Shown piece by piece: positions 30,235 to 40,134 of a stretch of 64,000 bases of DNA (position 1 is the stretch's first letter; each line of letters begins with the position of its first letter). The translations under genes and the position numbers were made by a program. The notes below the pieces were generated by a model, which searched no databases, was not told the origin of the DNA, and was given only the letters and a program-made list of their open reading frames with translations. Source of the stretch: Alphaproteobacteria bacterium (GTDB taxonomy: Bacteria; Pseudomonadota; Alphaproteobacteria; MPNO01; UBA830); NCBI GenBank assembly GCA_965243135.1, contig OZ251539.1:3648001-3712000 (forward strand), given 5' to 3'.

Positions 30235-31697
30235 CTACATCCCTATCGAATTCATGATATCGTTCACGCTCTGCGGCTGCAATGCCCATCGGTAAGCCGG
30301 ATGAATCTCCCAATCGTAACCAAAATCATACACCTCATTTGCCAAAAATCTATTTTGGTCGAAATACTTTCTATCGATCCTCGAATCTAATTTTTTCGAG
30401 CAGTAATAAAATCAATCTTGTACAGAAACTGGATTAAGGACCTTGGTTCTACTTGCGTTCGATTCGTAAAATGGAGGCTGGAATGATCTATAATCTCTCT
30501 CATTTTCTTTACCAGTTCGTCAGTGGAGAATAGAAAACTGCTCGATGTCCTTCTTTCTCTTTTTGTCGGAGCCATACCAAGTAAAAGACTTCTAATTTGT
30601 GGGAGTTCACTGGAAAATTCATTAATCGTATCTTGAAGCCTCTCTAAGGAATATGGTTCAAACGATTTTTCGAAATCTATAGTTTCTATAGATTCATGAT
30701 TGTTATATGCATTACGAGCAGCGCTGTGTAAAAGCTTAACTAAATCTCTCGGTCTCCGCCTAGTTAATGATAATAACACATGATGTATCGAACGATTTCC
30801 CCAATGCCCTTTCCCTCTGAACTTAGAAACCATAATACTTGAAAGTATCTCTCTTGATATTCGGTTTTGGTCTAAATTGAGTATACGGTTTTGATCGTAA
30901 TCCTCTAAAAAACGTGCGTTCCCAAAATAAGTTACAATCCGTTTCGCGATCACCGCAAGAATTTCGTGATTTGTCCATGACAACCAAATCACGTGTCTTT
31001 CAATTTTGTCAGTGGACTCGTCAGACGTTCGGACGAGAAAATAAACATCGGTTCTTAGTCCAATTCGAAATTTGAGACGTTGGTCACTTCCAGATAGGTC
31101 TCGAATTGCATTCAGCATCGCGGAAATATTTCTTATGCTCTGATAAGATGCGTCCCAGCCTCTATCGATATCGTCTATATACACGGTTATCATTTCACTA
31201 TCCAAAAAATTTTCAACAATATTACGATTTAATTCATCGGCAAAGAACCGCTGTTTTTCCCGCAACGTGGACTTGAACGTATCAATTAATAACCGTGCAC
31301 TACCTCTTATCACATTAGTCATCTTGTTGATGTCACTATTTTGACCTATACGAGTAAAAAATTTTTCTATTATAGCGTTAATTAATCCAGTTTTCCAATT
31401 TTCTATTAATCGATTGAAATCTGATCTATCGGTGTTTTCAACATGAGAGATCAGATCATTAGGTCTAACCCACACAGACAGTTTTGAGTTTTCTTCGTCG
31501 TCTAGATACGCTCGCCGCAGCAAAGCGCTCTTTCCTATGCCTTTATGACCGACCAAAATGCGAATCGACATGTCAGCGATTAGGTTTTCATAAGTGCGAT
31601 TTGAGAAAAAATATTCCTTAAACCTTTCTGTATCTTCGTATTCTGCGTCCTCTGCGCCAAACAAGCGCTCATTTGTAACGTCGTTAAAGGTAATCAT
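30235..31697 (-). pseudogene. P-loop ATPase (Sll1717/FunZ-like), frameshifted in an A tract near 30393
   Basis: LFGAEDAE, GHKGIGKS Walker A, VYIDDID Walker B, RPRD; C-terminus (WEIHPAYRWALQP) continues in another frame to a stop at 30235; AT-rich. Confidence 0.8.
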
Positions 31698-31786
31698 ACC
31701 CTATCCCTTTCCCTACATCGAATAGTTGCTGCAAAAGGCACCTATTGAACAGAGTATACCTCCTCACTAATTCTATGTCAACACGA

Positions 31787-32719
31787 TGTCAGTAACAGTG
31801 TCAGTAACAGATGATATGTCCGGTCCATGTACCAAATGATCTCTTAGAAGGCTTCCAGACCAAAGGAGGTGGCGGCGGACGGAACAACGACAGGGACTGA
31901 GGAAGTTCGAAGAGGTGTCGCACCGGGGGTGCTGAGCCAGAGCGAGGCGGCGGAGGGCGTTTCGGAGCGCACCTTCCGGCGCTGGCGCTACGAGGCGGAG
32001 GGCGCGGAAGGGTTGTACGACCGCCGCCTGGGCCGGGTCTCGGCGCGCCGGGCCGGCGCGGACGAGGTGGCGCAGGTTCTGGAATTGTTCGACACCCGGT
32101 ACTGGGACTTCAACGCCAGACACTTTCACGAGAAGCTGGTCGCCTGCCATGGCGTCCGGCGCAGCTACGTCCGGCTGACCTTGCAGGCCCATGGCCGCGT
32201 GCGAGCCGCGCCGCGCCGCGGCGCCCACCGGCGCAAGCGCCCGCGGCGGGCGCTGCCCGGCGCTGCACCAGGACGGCTCGCGCCACGAGTGGGTGTCCGG
32301 TCGGCAGTGGGCGTCACCATGGACGACCCCGCCCGAGGGGGTCGGCCTTCGTGCCCTTCGCCGGCACCCTGGACGACATCCTCTGCGTCCACGAGGAGCG
32401 TCTCGAACGACACGCGGTACAAGGGACGCACCCTGCAGATCCCGGCCGACCGCCACCACTACGTCAAGGCCAGGGTCCGGGTCCACGAGTACCCCGACCA
32501 CACCCTTGCCGTCTTCCACGGCCCCGGACGCCTCGCTCTCTACCGGGCCGACGGGGCTCCGACCGCAACCCGGAAGGCCGCGTGACCCGCTTCGACGCGA
32601 TCCTCCGGAGGCCTGAAGTGGACAGCCGCTTCGCGCCTGACCACTTCCCCACAGGCCCAACCACCACAACGGAAGCGGTCAATTAATTTGGTACTTACCA
32701 GTTCAAAATGTTCTTGACA
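31787..32719 (+). mobile_element. Internally deleted ISNCY/IS1202-like element with 5-bp target duplication CACGA
   Basis: HTH SQSEAA..VSERTFRRW, C-terminal RHHYVKARVRVHEYPD.TLAVFHGP; TGTCA...TGACA ends; CACGA at 31782-31786 and 32720-32724. Confidence 0.75.
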
Positions 32720-32729
32720 CACGATATTA

Positions 32730-33151
32730 GGATGAATGCACGGCCGGTCTTTCCTACGCGACGACGTCAAGGGCGTCGACAAGGTCGTCCAGGCGATCCG
32801 CCATCCCCGCAACAAGGCGACCGACGCTCAAGATTCTTGGCCGCGAGCTTGCTTCCGCAAGAACAGGGGCGCGCTACGCAAGCCTCAAAACCAAGGGCTA
32901 CCCGGTCGGGCCGGGCGTCGTGGAGGCCGCCCACAAGGTACTGGTCAACCAGCGCATGAAACGGGCCGGTCAGCGTTGGAGTATGCGGTCAGAACGTCCT
33001 TACCTTCGCGGTATCGGGCCGCTTCGACGCCGCATGGCGGGCGATGACCGGAACGCATGCCGCAAACGAAAACCGGGTGCCGAATGCCGTCGCTGCCTGA
33101 CCGAGGGAATCCTTTTTGTGGAACAAAACAGGATTTTACAATCTGCACCCG
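32730..33151 (+). mobile_element. ISKra4/ISLre2-type transposase 3' remnant
   Basis: GYPVGPGVVEAAHKVLVNQRMKRAGQRWS motif. Confidence 0.7.
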
Positions 33152-33159
33152 TGCGCAGT

Positions 33160-33876
33160 CTAAAGATCAATCAATTGTTTTATCCTTATATCAACTCCCT
33201 TCTTTCCATACTCCCGCCCATGATAAGAAGGATGTGCCAATTTTACAATAACAACTTTTTTTGATATATTAGGTATCGTTACACGCTCAGCGTAATACAA
33301 ATCTATTCGTTTTCCTCGATGACACGTTTTGATCGATTTGCTAATCTTTTTACTGTCAACTACATTCATTGTACGTTTGAATTCTGTCAAAATACTCCCT
33401 TCTAAAATTACTAGTTTTGGCTGTACAATTTCACCAATTTTTCTAATAAAAGGCGCTGCCTCTTTATACCCCTCATTGAGGGTCATTTGATTAATTTTCT
33501 TAAATAAATCTGTGTTAGGAGAACGACGAAAGGCCAAATTTGTTTTCACCACTTTCCTTCTAATTTTTTTCCTGTCTCCCAGAATTTTTGCGAGAAGATC
33601 GACGATTTCGTTTTCAGGCCAGCAGCAATCTAGCATACTGTGTTCGCCTTTCTCATAATAACCTGCAGATGCTGCACCTCGCGTCTTTGGATCATTTTTC
33701 AGTCGTACTCCATCTGGATAATAATTTGAGGGACAACCACCCGGATTTATCCCTAAAATAAGAATCGGTGCGGGCCATATACGTGTATAATACATCGCAT
33801 AATCCGAACGATCTTTAAGACAGGATTGCTCACGATACTGCATTTCCATTTCTTCCATCATCTTGGTATAATTCAT
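33160..33876 (-). CDS. Hypothetical protein with uracil-DNA-glycosylase-like motifs
   Basis: ILILGINPGG, KTNL..RRSP, IVQPKLVILEG, LAHPS; AGGAGAG RBS; AT-rich. Confidence 0.6.
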   Translation of the reverse strand: MNYTKMMEEMEMQYREQSCLKDRSDYAMYYTRIWPAPILILGINPGGCPSNYYPDGVRLKNDPKTRGAASAGYYEKGEHSMLDCCWPENEIVDLLAKILGDRKKIRRKVVKTNLAFRRSPNTDLFKKINQMTLNEGYKEAAPFIRKIGEIVQPKLVILEGSILTEFKRTMNVVDSKKISKSIKTCHRGKRIDLYYAERVTIPNISKKVVIVKLAHPSYHGREYGKKGVDIRIKQLIDL

Positions 33877-34129
33877 GGTGATACTCTCCTAATCATGACC
33901 ACCATTCGTGCAACACAGCTAAAACTAGCGTTATGTCCCTTAAATGGATACCTGCTATCAACTCCGAAATGCAATACCGGTGGTCGGCAATCCCTGTCGC
34001 CAAGGCAGTATGGGGATGGGTTGGCCGGTGAGTCAAGGCACTGGGGCGGCAGGGGCGAACGCCCCCGTCGCAGCAAAAAAATCCCTCCCTGCCCCGTGGC
34101 CGGGCCGACGCGCAGAGCGCGGGCCGCTG

Positions 34130-35000
34130 CAGCCCGGCGACAGCCTTACCGGCTGCGCCCACGAAGCCGATCCCTTTTCGCGGCCGGTTGTTGAGCAGGG
34201 TCTCGACACGCTTGAGTTCGGCGGGGTTCAGCTTGCGAAAGTCGGTCGGCTTCGGGAAGTACTAGCGGACTAGCTCGTTCGTGTGCTCGTTTAAGCTGCG
34301 CTCCTAGGAATGGTACGGCTGCGCGAAGAAGAACAATGCTTCCCCTGGCAACCACCCTGTGGGCCGCAAACTTCTTGCCATTATCGGTCGTGTGCACGAA
34401 CTCCTTGTACATGCCACTTGTGCGGCCCGTTTCCTTGGCCGTCCTACCGCCGAGCAGGCCAGCAACGTGAACTTGGAGGCGCGGTCCACCAGCGACAGCA
34501 CAGCGCCTCGGTGGCGCAAACCCGTGTCGCCCTCCCAGTCCCCGACCCGCGACTTCTCCTCGACGATCTCCGGGCGTATGTCCACCCGACCGGGAATCCA
34601 GCCGCGGCCCGCCTGCCCTTTGGCGCGCGAGTTCCTCTTCTTGCCGCGCCGCTGGTCGGAACAACGTTCCGCCAGCCTCCCGATCCTTCCACACATGTTT
34701 GCCACTCGTGGCGCTCGACCCTCAGGGCGCAGGCGTCCCAAGATTTGTTCCGGACTCCACTGCAGGGCCAGCTTCTCGTCGACTTCGCCCCACCGCTCCG
34801 GGGTCCCGAAGCCGCGCTGCGGCGCTCGGCCACCAGCCGGTCGGCCTGCTCGAAGCCTTAGTCACGCTGGCCCGCGTCGCGGGTCAGTTCGCGGCTGGAG
34901 GGGTCGCGGCCGAACCGCCTCGCTATCGCGGCCCCGATTCGCCGCATTCCTTCGTCATCTGGCGACGTTCGTCGCGGGTCAGGTAATGGTAGGCGTTGGC
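34130..35000 (-). mobile_element. IS30-family transposase pseudogene
   Basis: RPEIVEEKSRVGDWEGDT, LVDRASKF, TTDNGKKF, FAQPYHS*ERSLNEHTN, LNNRPRK; many indels; ends approximate. Confidence 0.85.
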
Positions 35001-35349
35001 TCGGAATAAATCTTGACATTGCCTACCTACAGGAGCATGTTTCTAATTGGCGCTCCGCGCTATGTCGATATTTAGCAGGATACACGGCTATGAAAAAACG
35101 CTGTTCGGGCAGGAAAAAAAGGGTCATTCGCCGCTCTGCCATCACAGGGCGATTCGTGTCCAAGCGAACGACAAGGCGGTACCCGAGAACCACCATCACA
35201 GAACGGCGGTAACGTTCGTCTGCAAGATGGCCGGCGAGTTTCCTCGGCCTTCGCTGATCTGATTCACAGCGAGTAACACTTCAATTTTGCCGCCACTCCT
35301 CCTCGCGCCGCTGTCGGCGCTCGTGGACGACGACGAGAGCGACGACACC

Positions 35350-35459
35350 TCCACGGTTTCGACTCCATAGCCGCCCGTGAGCGCACGCCACGAACCGACC
35401 CGGTAGGACTCCAGGATGACGTTCGTGTCCACGAACACAGGGCCACGGTGTCGCGCCAC
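35350..35459 (-). pseudogene. Truncated PIN-like domain gene coupled to the XRE/IrrE gene
   Basis: GTG start 1 nt after the upstream stop; VFVDTNVILE PIN-type N-terminus; recognisable similarity ends after VETVE. Confidence 0.6.
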
Positions 35460-35460
35460 T

Positions 35461-36567
35461 TCACAGATCGACTGGAAGCGCGACGCCATGCGCCGCGAAC
35501 AAATCCGCCAAGTCCTCGACGGTCAGATCGAGCAGGCCGGCGACGCGGCGGAGCGAGACATGGCCCCCGCCGATGGCGAGAACGAGAACCTCGACGAAAG
35601 GCTTGGAGAACAAGGCGGGCAACGCGTCCTCCATGACATCGTGTCCGTTGTTGCGCAGGGCTGCCTCGGGCAATGAACGCGCCGTGGCTGGCTTCATCTC
35701 GCCGAGCGCGACCAGCCGCCACCGCAATGCCGAAGACGTCACGTGGAGCTCGTCCGCCGCAGCGTTCAGCCGCGCGATCAACTCTTTTTCTGTGAGGTCC
35801 GACCAATCGCCGAACCGCTCCAGCGCGCTGGCTGGCATGAGCGCCGCCGCCGCGAAATTGTTGGCGAGCTGCTCCACACGGTTGCCTCCGGTCTCCCTTG
35901 CCTCCTCGGAGTGCTCGGGCGGCATCGCGTCCCAAGTCAGGAGGTGGAACAACTCGTGGGCAAGGTCGAAATGGCGGCGACCGATGATCTCGCGGCGCGC
36001 GATCAACACCGCGTCCAATTCAGGCAAGCGGCAAGCCGCGCCCGAGATACCGTCATGGGCATCGACCATGAGAACCAGGATGCCGAGCTCCCGCTCCATG
36101 ACCTCCGCCAGACCGATCGCCGGCGTTTCGCCAAGGCCGAACTCGGCGACGAACCGCTCCCCGGCCAGCATGGCGTCCTCGAAACGGGAATGCCGGGCAA
36201 GACCCAGCGCCCGGCGCATGAGCGGAGTCTCGCGCCCGACCCGCGGCGCCAAAGCGCGGAACGCGGCGATCCAGCGTCCGGCATCGCGTTCGTATTCACG
36301 GAGCCGGTCTGCTCCGACGCCTGTCTGCCGCCACGAAAAGCGGCCTTCGCCGACGAGCCGGAACGGATCAGTGAAATAGTCCAGCGGCGCGCACAGCTTC
36401 TCGACCGCGAGCACCAGTTCATCCGCCGTCACGCGGCGTGCGCCGGTCTCGATCGCGGATATGGTCTGCCGATCCTTGAAACCGAACAACTGAGCGAGAT
36501 CGTCTTGGGAGAGCTTGCGCTCTTCGCGCAGAGCCTTGATCCGTGCGCCGATAAGCCGCGTCGTCAC
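35461..36567 (-). CDS. XRE-family HTH fused to ImmA/IrrE metallopeptidase
   Basis: IGARIKALRE..LSQDDLA...RQTISAIETG HTH; RRHFDLAHELFH (HExxH); EQLANNFAAAALMP; GAGGAGG RBS before GTG. Confidence 0.92.
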   Translation of the reverse strand: MTTRLIGARIKALREERKLSQDDLAQLFGFKDRQTISAIETGARRVTADELVLAVEKLCAPLDYFTDPFRLVGEGRFSWRQTGVGADRLREYERDAGRWIAAFRALAPRVGRETPLMRRALGLARHSRFEDAMLAGERFVAEFGLGETPAIGLAEVMERELGILVLMVDAHDGISGAACRLPELDAVLIARREIIGRRHFDLAHELFHLLTWDAMPPEHSEEARETGGNRVEQLANNFAAAALMPASALERFGDWSDLTEKELIARLNAAADELHVTSSALRWRLVALGEMKPATARSLPEAALRNNGHDVMEDALPALFSKPFVEVLVLAIGGGHVSLRRVAGLLDLTVEDLADLFAAHGVALPVDL

Positions 36568-37922
36568 CGGAACCTCCTCGCTGCATAGGTTATTGCAATC
36601 TGGACCATGCAAGTAATTTAAGCAATCTCGTCTCTGCTGGCAACGGAAAATCCGATTTCCGCAGGACGAATCCGAGAACGGGGCGATTGAGGAAGGCGTG
36701 CATTGCCAGGAGCCGCCCGCGAGGCGGCGGCTGACCTGCCCGTCCTTCGGCCTGTACTGAATGGACGATACCGTCGGCGAGGTCGGCCAGATGCGGAAGC
36801 CGAAAACCCGGAACTTGCAGCGCGCGAGTTGCTTGAGAGCGCTGCTGGAACGGGTCGGAACGCATGCCGACACGTTCGGGGAACGGCGCGCCGAGCGGCG
36901 CAGGACGCTCGAAGGCCTGAACATGGCGACGGAGCGCGAGCGTTCGAACGCCGCCGGTTTTGGGCCGCTGGTTGCGTTGTCCGGTGCCGGCCGCGTGCTG
37001 CGGAAACCGCGGCGCATCGGCGCCCGGTCGAGCGGGACGGCAGGTCGGCCCGGAGATCCTGTTGTGCGTTCGCTTCGGCTGCGCTCCCCCTGCAGCGAAT
37101 GCTCCTTGCGGCCCTTCCGCGCCGCTTCGGCATCTTGACTCGTCGGCAGACCCATACTAACTGCGCGCAGAGACCGCCGTGCGCCCGCGTCGCGCTTGGG
37201 CGTCGAGAGAGGGCGGCAAAACCGCATGGACCTTGAGTGGGCGCTCCGGGGGTACGAAAACCCTGCGCCGCCTGTTGGCGGTCGCAAACGCTGCGAGCGC
37301 GCGGTCTTCGGGCGAATCGTTGAGCGGCGGATCGGCGGAAGCATTGGAAACCGCCTGCGTTCAGCGTGCCACGGCTGGCTCGCGATGTCCGCGCCGGAAG
37401 GGTGAAAGCGCCCAACTCGATCGGCGCCGCCGAGGGCGGCGGCGAGACGCGCATCGGCCGAGGCCGCCATACCGCGGCGAGCCCGGGATGCCGCCGACTT
37501 GCCTGCGCCGGACCCTTCGCGGCGACGAACGATGCGCGGAAACGCGCAACTGGTTTCTCCGCGACGAATCCGCGGACGGACGACAATTTCCGGGGTTCGT
37601 CGCCGCGCCGGCAATGGCGCATTGCGGCCCTTCGCTTTCCGCGGAATCCTGCCCGCGGCGCGCCCTTCGAGCCACTGTCTTGCCGACCGTGCGCTCGCCG
37701 GCGGCCGGCCCGCTCGCCGGCGACTCCGTCCGGCGCGGGCGCAGGACGGTTTTCTAGCGTCGTTTTCTTCGCTCGCCTGCGCCCCCGAAACGCCGGAACC
37801 GCGCGTGACGGGATCGGTTCCGCCGCGCCGAAAAGCGAACTCGCGAGGGCTCCGGGGGTCGGCGCGCTCTCCTCAGGCAGGTGCGCCTGCCGTTCCGCTC
37901 CCGCGTCCCCGGAGCGGACGCC

Positions 37923-39221
37923 GTGACGGCGGACCGCCGCGCCGGCATGCGGACGCGCACGTACGCGCTTGCGGCGCTGCGCGATATCCTCGACCGGGGC
38001 CGGACGCTGGACGGCGTTCTCTCGTCGAACCCGCAGCCCCGGGACGCCCGGGACAGGGCTTTCGCCCGCAACCTCGTGGCGACCGCGCTCCGCCGGCTGG
38101 GCCAGATCGACGCGATCCTGAATTCCTGCCTCGAGCGCCCGTTGCCGGATTCGGCCGCCGCGGCGCGCAATGCGCTGCGATTGGGCGTCTGCCAGATCCT
38201 GTTCCTCGATACGCCCGCCCATGCCGCGGTGAACACGTCGGTCGCTCTCGCGGCGCGTCACGGACCGGAGCGGTTCGCCAGACTCGTCAACGCCGTCTTG
38301 CGGCGCGTCGCGAGCGATGCCGCAGGCCTCCCCGCCCGATACCCGCCCGAACTGAACGCTCCGGATTGGCTGCGGCAGTCCTGGAAGCGCGCTTACGGAG
38401 AAAGGACCGCGGAACTGATCGCCGCCGCGCATCTGGTGCCGCCGCCCTTGGACGTCACCGTGAAGAGCGACGCGGCCAAATGGGCCGATCAGTTGGGCGG
38501 AGACCGTCTGTACGGCGCCACGGTGCGTCTTCCGGCAGGCGACGTGCCCGCCCTGCCCGGTTACGCGGACGGCGCCTGGTGGGTGCAGGATCTGGCGGCC
38601 GCCCTGCCGGCGCGGCTTCTCGTGGCGGCGACCGGCGCGGACGCGCAGGTATGCGACATGTGCGCCGCGCCGGGCGGCAAGACGGCGCAACTGGCCGCCG
38701 CAGGCCTGGACGTCGTCGCGCTCGACGCGTCCGGGCGCCGCCTGAAGATGCTTGCCGACAATTTGAGGCGCCTGCGCCTGAAGGCGCGGTTGGTCGAAGC
38801 CGACGCGGCGGACTGGAAGCCGTCGCGCGCTTTCGACGGCGTGTTGCTCGATGCGCCGTGCGCCGCCACCGGAACGATAAGGCGCCGCCCGGACGTGCCG
38901 TGGCTCAAGACGAGCGGCGACGTCGCGCGCATGGCGGAACTCCAGAAAAAATTGCTCCGGGCCGCGATCGATCTCGCCGCGCCGGGCCGGCCGGTTTTCT
39001 ACAGCGTCTGCTCGCTCGAACCCGAGGAATGCGCGGACGTCGTCGACGAACTCCTCCGCGACCGCCCGGACGTCGCGCGCGACCCGGTTCGCAGGGAAGA
39101 ACTGGACGGCTTGCCGGTCGATATCACGGAAAGCGGAGACGTCAGGACGCTTCCCTGTCATCTCGCCGACCGCGTCGGCATGGACGGCTTTTTCGTCTCC
39201 CGCCTCCGCAGACACCGTTGA
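37923..39221 (+). CDS. rsmB: RsmB/NOP-family RNA m5C methyltransferase
   Basis: NusB-like N-terminus, WVQD, DMCAAPGGKT, LLDAPC.ATGT.RRRPD, YSVCSLEPEE, DGFF; start approximate. Confidence 0.9.
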   Translation: MTADRRAGMRTRTYALAALRDILDRGRTLDGVLSSNPQPRDARDRAFARNLVATALRRLGQIDAILNSCLERPLPDSAAAARNALRLGVCQILFLDTPAHAAVNTSVALAARHGPERFARLVNAVLRRVASDAAGLPARYPPELNAPDWLRQSWKRAYGERTAELIAAAHLVPPPLDVTVKSDAAKWADQLGGDRLYGATVRLPAGDVPALPGYADGAWWVQDLAAALPARLLVAATGADAQVCDMCAAPGGKTAQLAAAGLDVVALDASGRRLKMLADNLRRLRLKARLVEADAADWKPSRAFDGVLLDAPCAATGTIRRRPDVPWLKTSGDVARMAELQKKLLRAAIDLAAPGRPVFYSVCSLEPEECADVVDELLRDRPDVARDPVRREELDGLPVDITESGDVRTLPCHLADRVGMDGFFVSRLRRHR

Positions 39222-39447
39222 CGGCCGGAGCGCCGCCCGCGCGCTTGCCGTCGGGGGCGCAAGCTGATAGGTAACGTCGCCGGCATGCGCCGTCCGCTCG
39301 CGTTTCGCCGCCCGGCGCTCGCGGCGGAACGGCCTCCCGGATGACACCCCCGCGGGGACGGGAACAGCCGATGACGCGGCAATCCGCACCAGCCAAAGCT
39401 TGGAAACCGGGCGCTTCGTCCGCGCCCCGCGCCCGGACCTGATCGCG

Positions 39448-40134
39448 GTGCAGCAGGCCGTCAGAATCGCCCCGTCCATCCTGTCCGCCGATTTCGCCGC
39501 GCTCGGCGAGGAAGTGCGCGCCGTCACGGAGGCGGGCGCCGATTACATCCATGTCGACGTCATGGACGGGCATTTCGTTCCCAACATCACCGTCGGCCCC
39601 GACGTCGTCCGGGCGCTTCGCCGGTTCAGCGAACGGCCCTTCGACGTGCATTTGATGATTTCTCCCGCGGACCCCTATATCGTTCCCTTCGCCGAGGCGG
39701 GCGCCGACATCATCACGGTGCACCCGGAAGCCGGCCCGCATCTGCATCGGACCATCCAGCTCGTCAAATCCTGCGGCAAGAAGGCCGGCGTGGCGCTCAA
39801 CCCGGCGACGCCGGCGTCGGCCGCGCTGGAGGTTCTCGAGGAGATAGACCTCGCGCTGGTGATGAGCGTCAATCCCGGATTCGGGGGACAGGCGTTCCTT
39901 CCCGGCGCCGTCGGAAAGCTCCGCGCGCTGCGGCAGGCCATCGACGCGTCGGGCCGCGACATCGACCTCGAGGTCGACGGCGGCATCGACCCCCGCGCCG
40001 CGGGTCTGGCGATCGCCGCCGGCGCGGACGTGCTGGTGGCGGGAACGGCGACCTTCGAAGGAGGGGCCGGAAGGTACGCGGACAACATCCGCAGACTCCG
40101 CGACGCGCGCGCGGACGTTTGCGAACCGCGATGA
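39448..40134 (+). CDS. rpe: Ribulose-phosphate 3-epimerase
   Basis: IAPSILSADF, HVDVMDGHFVPN, MSVNPGFGGQ, EVDGG. Confidence 0.97.
   Translation: MQQAVRIAPSILSADFAALGEEVRAVTEAGADYIHVDVMDGHFVPNITVGPDVVRALRRFSERPFDVHLMISPADPYIVPFAEAGADIITVHPEAGPHLHRTIQLVKSCGKKAGVALNPATPASAALEVLEEIDLALVMSVNPGFGGQAFLPGAVGKLRALRQAIDASGRDIDLEVDGGIDPRAAGLAIAAGADVLVAGTATFEGGAGRYADNIRRLRDARADVCEPR

Noticed and set aside
31760-31790. dif/Xer site beside the IS1202-like element
   Set aside because: Only a partial resemblance to one arm; no convincing 28-bp site.
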